The notes under the pieces: model-generated
Database searches by the model: none
What the model saw: the letters and a program-made list of their open reading frames with translations, nothing else
What the model was told of the DNA's origin: nothing
In this document: positions 1 to 12,200 of the stretch, in pieces
How positions within the stretch are numbered: position 1 is the stretch's first letter
How the letters are laid out: every line of letters starts with the position of its first letter
Assembly (NCBI RefSeq): GCF_003704095.1
Contig: NW_020845755.1
Location: 62,001-126,000 of the forward strand
Direction of reading: 5' to 3'
Length of the DNA: 64,000 nt
Source of the DNA: Pocillopora damicornis
Taxonomy: Eukaryota
Translations under genes and position numbers: made by a program

Positions 1-50
1 TACAAAGACATGCAGAAAGGATGTATATTTATTGATTGACTCTTTTCAAG

Positions 51-247
51 ACTTGCTGAATTCAGTTGACCCTTCAGTGGACCCTTGTACGGATTTCTAT
101 CAGTACGCTTGTGGAGGATGGATGAAGAAGAACCCGAGGCCACTTACATCTAGAAAATGGGATCAGTTTGAGAAACTGACTGCAGAAAACAATGAAGTGC
201 TCGAGAGACTACTTAAAAATAAAGAACTGAAAGCTAAATACTCTAAG
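51..247 (+). CDS. M13 peptidase exon ([23 protein letters not shown]...KYSK)
   Basis: ttcaag acceptor, gtaagg donor, conserved M13 N-terminal motif. Confidence 0.93.
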
Positions 248-3200
248 GTAAGGCCAATACCAAACGATAAATTCTATCATCTTTCATTTTTGAAATTCAT
301 ATATTTACACTGAGAGAGAGATTAAATTAAGAGATCCTCGCAGCTAAGAACACTACTGAAACGAGTAGTTGATAATGGGACCTGAAAAAAATTCAGGCCC
401 GTACGGGATTTGAACCCATGACCTCTGCGATACCGGCGCAGCGCTCTACCAATTGAGCTAACAAGCCAACTGTGAGCTGGTCAAAGTGTTGGGTACAATT
501 AAACCATCCAAGTGATGAATGATGATCAACTACTCGTTTCAGTTGTGTTCTTAGCTGCGAGGATCTCTTAATTTCATCTCTTCTCCGCAGTGGAAATATA
601 TGAATTTCATATATCTAAAATCATCATTATCAACTACTCGTTGTAGTAGTGTCCTTAGCTGCGAGGATCTCTTAATTTCATCTCTTCACCGCAGTGCAAA
701 TATATGAATTACATATATCTAAAATCGTCATGATCATAATATTTTAAGAAAGAGTGTCGAGCATGAATGAAAGTGATCCTCGTAGTAATGTGCACTATTT
801 GGGCAGTAGTGAAAATATTGTATATAAATGATATCTCGGCTTCTTATTATCGCAAAATTGAGACACGTCTTACCAACTTCTGTTTCATCCATATCTTTCC
901 TTTGGCCTTGTGGTCTGGGGCCGAACCTCAAAAACAAATCTGGAAAAAATTTTGATCCCTACGGAAAGAGCTCTACGCTTAATTTACTTCTCCAGCAATT
1001 TTGAGCATGCAATTCCAGCTAGAATCTGGGACAAATCCCCAAGTATTTGAAATCAAAACCAAAGGAATCATTCAAAGAAAACCTTCAGACTGAATCGTTG
1101 CAGATTTTAGAGCGTGAGGGGGTTTATGCTGATGTGTATAATATTTCTGATTAATCATTCCTTAATCAGAAGCCTAATGTTTTTCTATTTTAAACTACAT
1201 CTATTCGCCTTCTTATTTAATTCCTTTCTTTTATATGTAATGATCTTGTCCTCTCGTTATGTGTTAATTTTCTAGCAGATATGTATATGTTTTCCCATAT
1301 TTATCATTTCATGTTGTATATATATGGAGTCTACACCGCCTAGAGTAGCTATGCTATTTGCGGTGTACAGTTACCTCTCTTTCATTAGTAATTTTCATTA
1401 ATTAATAAACAGTAAGTCTGCCTCCACCAACTTGTCACCAGGCAAAATACATAGTTTTTGTTGCGCAAATTTCTGGGTGAAGCAATATATAAGACTGGGG
1501 AACAGGAAGGAAATTTAAGAAACTAACTGATCGAAGCAAACAAGTGTCCTGTGTTCATTCAATTATTTCAGGAGGAGGCGGTTTGGAAGGCTCTGGCATA
1601 TTATGATTCGTGCATGGATGTTGCCGCGATCGAGCGACTGAAGGGCGAACCCCTTGAGTTGCTTATCAAGGAATATGGCTCGTGGAGCATCACAGATACT
1701 AACTGGGAAGAAGAAGAATGGGACTTGATATCTCATCTTGCGAGGATTCATAAAGATTTAGTTGTACCAGTTTTGTTTTCCATGACTGTTTCGATTGATA
1801 ACAAAAACAGCTCACACAATGCAATTACGGTAAGTGGAATTACTTTCTAACAACATGATGTCCTCCGAGTTATCCACTTGTAATAGAGAGGAATTTTTTA
1901 AACGGGAAGATGGTCCTCACGATTTATAGAGTTCTGACTTAAAAGGTTTTCCCGATCCCTTTCCCCCCAAAGAGCTGATGCAGGAATTATGTTGTGAGGG
2001 TACTCGAGAAAACCGGAGCATATTTAATCGAAACCCTTCGTAACATTTCCAGGCAATAATTTACTGATGATCTCATCTTTACTTGTTTAGTTTGGAGAGT
2101 CCTACACCTCACTGTCACGACGAGAACTTCTTACAAATGACTCAGAGAGCCAGCGGGTAGGGGCAAACACTGTAACAGGACAATCTTCATCAGAGTTGTT
2201 CGATTTAAGCTAAAATTTTGATGTTTTCCATGCCTCTTTTCTCGTTCCTGATCAGTTAAAAATTCGCAGTTTTCAACTTTCCATTAATTTGAACGAGCAA
2301 AACAAGATGATCGTGACCATTTCGCTATTGCTCGTTCTTTACCGAGCAGAAGTCCATATTGAGATAAACTGTACCTGAGTTCTTGAGCGTACTTAAGAGT
2401 AGATAGAGCACGGTCCTTCCCAAAACAGACCGCCTTTTTATACCGGTAAATAACATGCTTATCTTTTCTTTGGTTGAAATGAATTACGGGCAAGTTTTGT
2501 GTTTTAAACGTGTCGCTGCATCAGACATCAGCAATCAGAATCAGAAATCAAAATACTGAAATTAACTAGGATTAATTGGAATGTAATTAGATAACTTGTG
2601 TTTTTAACTCTCAGGGTTACTTTATGTGAATGACTGGAAATTACAAACGGCTTTCAGACAGCATTTCACGTGTAACCCATTGAATGAAACATTAATATTT
2701 GCGTTATCAAAACTCATACAGAAATCAACTTTCTAGCCAATGAAAGGATTGGTGAGACAGAAAAATTTAATTTCATTTAATCACGAAGGGTTGGTCCACA
2801 TGATGAGAAAAACTGACCTTGAGCTAGAAAATAGTGCCTAAAACCGCGTTTTCAAGACCACAGCCAGTTTTCCACAATGCGAACCTTTCAGCCGGAAAAT
2901 TACATGTTTATTTCGCGAAGTTATTCTCAGATGCGTGAAAGGGAAAAACGTAACTACAACTTTGTTGCTAAGAAGGGTGAGAGGCTCGTTCTCCGTTAGC
3001 GGTCTCCCGCGGAATTTTGTGCCTACCGCGGCCGTTTGTTAAACATGGCGGGAAAATCAAATTTCATCCACGAAAAAGAATATGTAAATCCATCAGCTCC
3101 CAAAGTTTTGCTTTTCACTGCAAAATGCCCTGTTGTCAACAGTGCGTGAGTTTTATCTCCAGTACCAAAAGAAAATACAAACGTAACTTGTCTGGCCAAA

Positions 3201-6200
3201 AGTGCCATGCAAAATCCACTTATGTGTCTCACTAGCGGTTTATGGTCTCGAAAAAGTACGGCCACAAAAGAAAAAACAGGCGGTTCTCTTGAAAATTTAA
3301 GGATTACTGGCAAATTTTCCCTTGAAATTTCTTCGCTTTCCTAGGACCTTTATGGGTACAAAAGCTGGTTTATGAAATCCTTTCGAGCAGCCATAATGTT
3401 TCCTCCGTTAGCTACCACATCGCCAAGCAACTCTGAGATGTTGAGTGTGAAAATAAATTTAATTACCTCACACAACAAAAGTGGATAATTAAACTCCAAA
3501 AAATTGATTCAGTTTGCTTTTGGTTATAACCGATTCAACATTTCATTGTGAAAACGCTGTGGCTAAATGCCCGGCCGTCGGGCACGGTCTCAAATGGACT
3601 AAATGCTCGGCACTCAGAAATTTTCACAGAATTTCCACCGAAAGGCTTTTTCAAACTCCTTAAGAATATGAGATGCTTGATTAGAAATGTTAAGTGATTC
3701 CAAAAGTTAATTTAGCTTTTTAGTGGAAAAATTCCGCGAGCTTGAGCATACTTTAATTTCACGCGATTGTCGACACTTGTACGCTTCTTATCAGACTGCC
3801 GGGCACGGTCTCGAATGGACTAAATGCCCAGCAGTTAAAAATTTGTACCAAAAAATTATATCAAAAACTTCTTACAAACCTATTGAATATATTCGATGTT
3901 TGTTCAGAAATGTTGGTCTCTCAGTCACATTCTAAAACGTATTTATATAATAGTATGCACAAGCTCGGAGAATTTGTCCACCAAAAAACAACTTTTTTTT
4001 TGGAATCGCTTGACATTTCTACCCAAACATCTGATACTCTTAAGAAGTTTCAAGGAACCATTTAGTAGCTCTTAGGTGAAAATCTCCAACTGCCAGGAAT
4101 TTGGTCTATTCGAGACCGTGCTCGGCAGTCTGATCATAAATGTACAATCTTACAGTGTGGACAACCGAGCAATGTTATGGTATGAATAAGCTCGGAGAAT
4201 TTGTCTGCTAAACAACTAAGATAATTTTGGAATCGTTTGAAATTTCTAGACAACATCTGATATTCTAAGAAGTTTGAAAGAACCTTTCGGTGGAAATTTT
4301 GTGAAAATTTCTGACTGCCTGGGAATTTAGTCTATTTGAGACCGTACCCGGCTACCGGGCATTTAGTCACAGCGTTGTAAAAAAGACGAAACAAAGTGCA
4401 AATGGTTGCGCGGTTGCTTAATATTTGATAAAAATTTGATGTGTCGGCGTAAATAACTTACGTGCCCGTTGCAGACGGGTTCTTCTTCTAAAGGTACGAA
4501 TTTCAATCAGTTCAGACCTGTTGTTTTAAAATTCTTGCCTGGAGAAATGATGCAGAAACCAACTATCCTCTCCACCGAACAATTGATCGCGGTAAAAATG
4601 AACATATGTTGGTAGTGCCAGTCTCCAATTAAGCGGATTTCAAAAAATCCGTATCTCCTCACAGGAAGTTGACGATCCAATTTGTCTGACTGAACACGCT
4701 CCTTTTTGTTGTGATCTCGTGACGCACCAAATATGGTCGTGGTTCGAATCATTTAAATAGAACAAACTTTGATACCCACCGGGGTCATGGAACCAAATTA
4801 AGGGTGTTTGAAGTCTTCCTTAGCAACAGACTTGTAGTTAAGTGGCACCCCCCATAAAATGGCAGCTTTCTTATATGCAAAACTTTCCGCTCCGTTTCTT
4901 TTTCTCAAGCTTTTTTCTATATCTATAGCTTTATATTCTTACATTTTTAGGTTCGTAATGCATATAGAGATTTGATGAGGAATTTGACCATCAAACTTGG
5001 AGCTGGGGAAGATTCAGAAGATGATCTGTTAAAGACGTTTGAGTTCGAGAAAGAGCTGGCAAAGGTTAGTTATTGGCAATGCAAGGCTGGCCTGAGTTTT
5101 CCTCTGCCTCTCTTTTTCTTCTTTGATATCGTGCTCAATATTTCCATGACCTTGGAAACATCCTTTTTCCACTAAAGTAAGTCTTACTTCTCTCGCGTTC
5201 TTATCATAACAAAATCAGTGTCAGGCTGTTTGTTGGCAACAAGAGATGATACGTTTAATATTATTGTCCTCTAAGCATAAAACTGAAGACATAACGCATA
5301 TATTGTAAAAGATTGTAAATAAATATGAAAGTCATATATTTGAACTGCGGATGAAGACGTGAATATGAAAGCGATCTTCGCAGTAATGAACACCAATTGA
5401 GCAGTAGTGAAAATAGGGCTTGAAAAAAATTCAGGCCTGTACGGGATTTGAACCCATGACCTCTTCGTTACCGGTGTACTGCCCTACCAACTGAGCTAAC
5501 AAGCCAACCGGGAGCTGGTCATTATGTTGGTTCCAAATAAACCCGTGAAGTAGTGAATAAACGAATGTGAAGTGGGTATATATTGTACCTAGTTTGATTT
5601 CTGTAGGTGACGAAATGCAGTTTAGGGTAGTTCAACTTAACTTAAGTAGCTTTATCTGGTAAGTGTAATTGCTGTAGTTAAACTGCAGTACTTTGTAGGA
5701 GGCTGCTGTATGCAATGTCTGAGTGTGGTGTTTTCTGTATAATATCGCGCAGTTGGTTTCGTTGGTATCTCAAATAAGTATCGGCCTAAAATTATTTCTG
5801 TTTTGAGTTTTGTATCACGAACTCAGAGAAATTTCCTGGAGCCAGCAAAATATTTGAAGGCCCATCTTTCAAAACTAAAATAAGTCTTATCTCAAGAGAA
5901 TGAACACAGATAATGACAAGTAAATATTGCATGAAACCTTTGTTACGGTATGAATCTAACCGACAGATAAACATTACAATCCCACATACTCAACTACTTT
6001 ATTAAACAACCAGTGATATTCCTAATAAGAAGCGACTCCTAAAGGCATCACAATACTTATCGTTAATAAACTTAACTAAGCCCACCACAGTCTATGTCCT
6101 AGCTTACAACTAATACAGTTTCGCTGCTGCCTCCAAAGTTCCTTGAAATAAGTAATCTTCCGCAGTAACTCTCTCTGGGTATAGCTTTCAAAACAGTCTC

Positions 6201-9200
6201 GCTCCGACAACAACAACAACAACTACTACTACTACATAAGTAAGTCTTTATATATATGTATTCACAAAGTGTTCAGGAACCTTCCAGAAGCTTACTACAT
6301 CAACGGCAAACTTGAACGGGGAGCTGAAATCAGGCGCTGTCGATACAGGGGCACTCTGTAATATAGCTTTTAATTCCTCAAACGCCTTTTCACATTGGTT
6401 ACTACAAACAGATTTCACCTTCTTACTGAGTACTTGCGTTAATGGTTATGTAACAGAGGCGAAATTAAAACAAAACCTTTTGTAGTTGCCGGCCATAATA
6501 AGAAAACGCATGAGTTGTTTCTTGTTCTCTGGTCGTGGAAAGTTAGCCATCGCTTCCACCTCGGCACTAACTGGTTTTACTTGACCTTGTCCGACGACAT
6601 GCCCCAAATAAGTGACTTTCGCTTGGCCAAACTCACTTTTGGAAAGATCTATGGTCAGCTTAGCCCCACTCAATCTCTTGAAAAACTCACTGGTAGTTTT
6701 AAAGTGCTTTTCCCAAATGTCAATGAAAATAATCACATCATCAATGTATGCTTTACAATTCTCACGATCTGTGGTGACTTTGTTGATATGGCGCTGGAAA
6801 GTTGCAGGTGAATTTCTCATACCAAAGAGCATGACTTTGTATTGGTACAGTCCTTCTGGTGTTGCAAAGGCTGAAATCTCTTTGGCGCGTTCTGTCAAAG
6901 GAACTTGCCAGAATCCATTTAGAAGGTCGAATTCCGTTACATACTTAGCTTTTCCAGCTTTGTTAATACAGTCGTCCATTCTTACGATAGGAGAGGTGTC
7001 TGTCTTGGTCACGTTGTTCACTTTTCTGCAGTCTGCGCACATACAGTAACTTCCGTCTGGCTTAGGAACGAGTATACATGGAGAACCCAACAACTGCTGC
7101 TTGGTCCAAAAACGTCGTTCTCTAAAAAATATTTTATCTCTTTTTTTGAGATATCGTTGCTTACTAGAATTTAGCCTGTACGGGTGTTGTTTTACAGGAG
7201 CAGCATCACCGACATCCACATCATGGTAAATCTGATCTGTCCTGGAAGGTACATCAGGAAACAGCTCTTTATACTCTTGGAGTAACCTTTTCAGGTCCTG
7301 GCGTCGGCTCTCTTCCAGGTGTGACAGCTTAGAGTCTAAGTTCCGCAGCACATTAGAGTTTGTGAGTTTTGTTGTGTTAGTGGGACTAAGATGACTACTT
7401 CTAAGTTCGCTATTCAGTTCTTTGGGCTCAGAAACAACTACATTAACATTTGTAAGCTCTTTAACTAAATGAATACTTTTCTCTACATAAGGCTTGTTAC
7501 TGGGTACTGGCAACAATGCAAGAACCTTTTGACCTGGCTTAAAGTCACGTTCTACAGCATGTACATCATACTTTTCTTTCATAGACTTCTGAGTAGAACT
7601 AAGATTAGCTTTGACTAGTTCACAAGCTCTAAAAGCTTGGAGCGAAAATCTGAAGAGATCAGTACTGTCAGTTGTCACGTATAAATGTAATTCTGTTAGT
7701 GATCCAGCAGAGAAGGCGTCATTATTTTAATGAATTTTTTCCTTCCGTGTTCATACCTAACTGTGTTGATCTTGCGGGATTACAAAAAGAGGTGGCACAT
7801 TCTAACCTACCTTTGGAAGTGTCAACAACAGCCTCTGAAGTCCATAACATTTTAGCTAAGTCAGATGTATAGTCTCAGGTAATCTTACAACAGAAGTTAT
7901 GTAACTTTGGTGTGTATGGTTGCCTCCTGAACTGGTACAGGGACTGCTTAATGAATCGTGAGCAACAGGGAGTAATAGATGGGGCAAGTTCTGACTGGCA
8001 CACTGTCTCCTCAGGGGTACCCCAGGGGTCCATTCTGGGCCCCTTGTTTTTTGTGATATTTATTAATGATCTGCCTTTGAGAGAGAAAGATGGACATACT
8101 TTGAAGAAGAATTATGCTCGCACAAACACTTTTAAGTTTAGTTGTTTTAAATATTATCGTTGATATGTGGAATTCACTCACATTTTTTCAGTGTCTAGTA
8201 TCTCAAGTTTTAGGCGTGGCGTGAGGAACTTCTCTTCTTCAACTACACTGGTCGAATTACCGAAAACTCATAGTCACTTATTTTAGAATTTTTATATCAG
8301 ATTTTAATTGATTATATTAATTATATTTTTAAACCATCCATTTAGTTAGGTGGTCTGTCTGAGGATGGATGGTCTTGAACTCTTCTACAGACCATCCTTA
8401 GGGCATTTCCTTTGTTATAGGTAATTATTTTATTTTGCTAATTTCCATTACATTGTAATAAATAAATAGATAATAACTTCTCTTTAAGTAGTTTTAGCGG
8501 TCCTCTCACAGTGTGCCTAAACACAAGCTGGAATGGACTCCTGTACTGACTCGCGTGCAGCGGGAACATCCGTAAAGTAGCGGGTGGGGTTTTGCGAGAC
8601 TTCCCTTTCTCTAACACTTCTTGAAAACATAGGTGAAACTTCCGGGTCTTCATGCTGTTCTGCAATGAGCTAAGAGGTTGACATCTTTTCAACCTGTTTC
8701 ATTAAAATTTTCTCAGAAAAGACTTGTACTGGCTCATAAATAGAGGGATTCAGTCGTTCACCCTCAAAACTTGGCTGATGACGGTGTCCGCTAATGTTAC
8801 CTTTTCGTCACTGGTTTCTTTCCACTTACTCATGGCTCGCGTCTCAACACACGCTTGGTATAGACCAGGAATTTTCTTCTCTACTGGGTCTGGATACTTT
8901 TCTGAACTGGGCTTCTCGCTAACAATAGCATTAATAACTACTTTGTCTCCTGCAAAGTCATTTCCGAGGATAAGGTGCACTCCCTGGTAAATGGTGACAA
9001 AAGCTGTATTCCAAATTTCACAAGCCCAGACACAATATTAGGTAAATTTTATGAAGTGGCACTGGAGTATACTCCGAACTGATTCCTCTGATTAGAACAC
9101 TCGCACAGAAAACACCAAAGTGTCACTCAACCGAAAAAAGACTGCGAGGCTCCAGTGTCTCTCAAAATCTTGATTGGTATGGAGTCGGACATATGGAGAC

Positions 9201-12200
9201 AGCAGTGATATTGTGTCAGTGGTAAGCTAGGATGTAGACTGTGGTGGGTTTAATTAAGTCTTTAAACACTTTGGTGTTTTCCGCACCGTAACATAATGCG
9301 GAATTTGTGATTTGTATGTTATGAAGTAGCACTATGTATGGTATCATGTTGTGAATAATCTTAAGTTAGAGTATGATTAACTTCGTTAATGAAATGGTCG
9401 TCAGCGAAACGACTCGTAGACGAAAAGATTGGTAACCCGCCCTATTTTACTCGCAAAGAAATAGTAAGTAATGAAAATCTCTCATGAAGCAAGAGTAGCT
9501 ATGGACCAAGCCTCGAGCAACTCTTACGCTTCTCTCATGCTCACCAAACTTCCCGCGTACATCTATAACACGATATACGCTCGCTGAGCATAGACCAATT
9601 CTTAAATTTGGAATAAGGTCTCCAGTCCTGCTTATTTAGGTTGCTGCCTATTCATTAAATGTGTCAGAATCGATTGTACCTCAAACATACATGTAATCTT
9701 TCCACGTCTTTTTCACCTTTCGTATCTTAGATATCTACCCCAAGATCTAGACGACCATCCTTTGAAGAAGCTTACAAGAAGCTCACGTTATTAGAAATAC
9801 AGGAGTATACCGGTGACTTCGTGAGTATCAAAGCGTATTCATGTAGAGTGATCTTTCGTTTATACCACCTTCATCTCGAATTGATTTTGTTTACTCTCCC
9901 AAGTTCAACTGGACGAAATATGTGCAAGTAGCGATGGAGGATAATACATTTCATGTTAACAGCCAAACCAAAGCCGTGGTCTATTCTTTGGAATATTTAA
10001 AAAGACTGGTCAAACTCCTGAGCATTACACCCAAAAGGTGAGATATCGTAACTGCAATAAATAGATATTCAAGAGATTCATATTTGTCATCTTCTTTTTC
10101 TTCGTTGGGCCTATTGAAAAGAAAACTGATCACTCGCACTTAAAACAACAAAATAGTTCCTATTCGTTTTAAATATTTCTAATACTTGAACAAAAAGAAT
10201 AATGAACAAGTTTCGAGTTGGTTGACTTTTCTTCAGTGTCTTAGCTCGTTTCTTCTCTCCTTTGGTCGTTCGAAAAAGGCGCCTAACAGTTTCCTGTGTC
10301 TACGATCTCCCGCGATGTTTGTAGCACCCGAATACTTTCCATCCTAACACATTCGAGCAATGTTAGTCACAAAGTAATTTGCCGGCCAACTGTCTGCGTG
10401 GCGCTAACAATGTCCAGCAATAAGTATTCTTCCTTGGAAATTAAACTCATCCAGGATAAATAAGTGTCGTAATTGGTGTACAACACAGTACACATAGGTT
10501 ACATCCAAGTGGGTTTTTCAGAACTGATTTGTATGAAGTTACAACAACGTTCATTTACTTATTTTTACTAAATGAACAAGTGTTAGAGATTCCTTATAAC
10601 ATGACTTTCGCCAGAAGCTTACAAGCCTAAAGTAATTATGTACGTCCGAGAGCTGGGTTTATTAATGTGTGAGACTAGTCAATCAGAATTTACTTCCTAA
10701 TATGGAGTTGTTTATCTTTAATGACTGCTGAATATGTAATGAAAGAAACTTTACCTCAGTACTAATCAGGAATACGTTATGAAAATGCAGTTTTCAGACC
10801 GCAAACTTGACTCAACAAATAGAGAAGCCTTAACAATGCTCTGCTCTCTTGTAAAGCACGCAGGAATTGGCCAGAGTACTCAAGAAGTGGGGAGAAATAC
10901 GTAGTCGAGTGTTTCTCCCAGCTTCTTGAATGCTCAAGCCGCTTCCTAAGTGTTCCTAAGTGCTTTACAAGAGAACGGAGCACAGTCCAGACTTCTCTAT
11001 TTGTAGCGTTCGACGAAGGAGAATGCATTCTAATCGAGTCGTTTTTACGAATATCACTCTCGAGGGTTTTATGGACCAGTCCCAAGGATCGATCGTGATG
11101 CCATGCGATTTCAAGCATTGAGCGTCATTTTGGATTGGCTAGCTGGCTATGTGGCACAAATAGCCTCGATCGATCTCATGTGAAAATGTTTTCTTGGCCG
11201 CCTTGAGCTTAAGACACCGATTTTTTTCTGCACAATCAGCACAATAAAGCTTTTACTAGAGATCGAACGCAGTTTACTAATCTTTGATTATTACTAATTT
11301 TAGAATAAATAATCCGTTAAATTCCCCAAGCATTACTTTCAATTTTCAAAACAAACTTTATTTCCAAAGCGAACAACAGTGTCGTTAGTATGCTCTTTAC
11401 TCTCATAAAGCACGCTCTTAGTCGTTCACTCGAAGACTACTACCTGGACTAAGGAAATCTATAAAGGTGAAGAATAAATTGTTCTTTGAATCAAACTGGC
11501 CGAAATATAAAATATATAGAAATAAGTTAACAACCCTTATTCGATTGAGTAAACAACGTCACTATCAAAGGTTTTTTGACTCTAACATAAAAAACACGCG
11601 ATCGACATGGAAAGGTATTAACGAAATATTAGGAGATGCGAAGAAAAGGAAAAAATCAAAAAGAATTAACTTCATTCGTTCTAACGAGCATAGCGTTTTA
11701 TCAGATGATCCTAAAACGATTGGTAACACACTCAACAAATACTTCTCGTCAAAAGGGCATCAACTTGCAACCAATATTCCTGAAGTTAACACCACTTTTT
11801 CTGATTATCTTGATCCACCTTTGCAGAACAGTTTTTATTTTGATCCAATTATACCGCAAGAAATTGAAACANNNNNNNNNNNNNNNNNNNNNNNNNNNNN
11901 NNNNNNNNNNNNNNNNNNNNNNNNNNNNNNNNNNNNNNNNNNNNNNNNNNNNNNNNNNNNNNNNNNNNNNNTGCAGGACATGAAGTTTTGTAAACCTTAT
12001 ATTTCTTTAAATAAAGAGTGTACTACTTAAGAAGAGCGGCCGATATAATTTCTGAGACTTGTTCCACTGCGATGACCGGAGATCGCTAGTCGCTCAATAC
12101 CTCTTTGTAAACAGTTGTGGGTTTTTATGAAGGAAAACACTGCTTAACCTCTAATTCTATATTTGGGCAAAACTTGCACCCTTGTTTCTGATTGGCCGCC

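Noticed and set aside
395-467. Functional tRNA-Thr gene
   Set aside because: Atypical anticodon and multiple degenerate copies with shared flanks indicate a SINE.
6515-7049. + strand ORFs of 98 and 145 aa
   Set aside because: Antisense shadows of the Gypsy RT.
10777-11118. 113-aa ORF as a gene
   Set aside because: Lies within a palindromic repeat; no protein motif.
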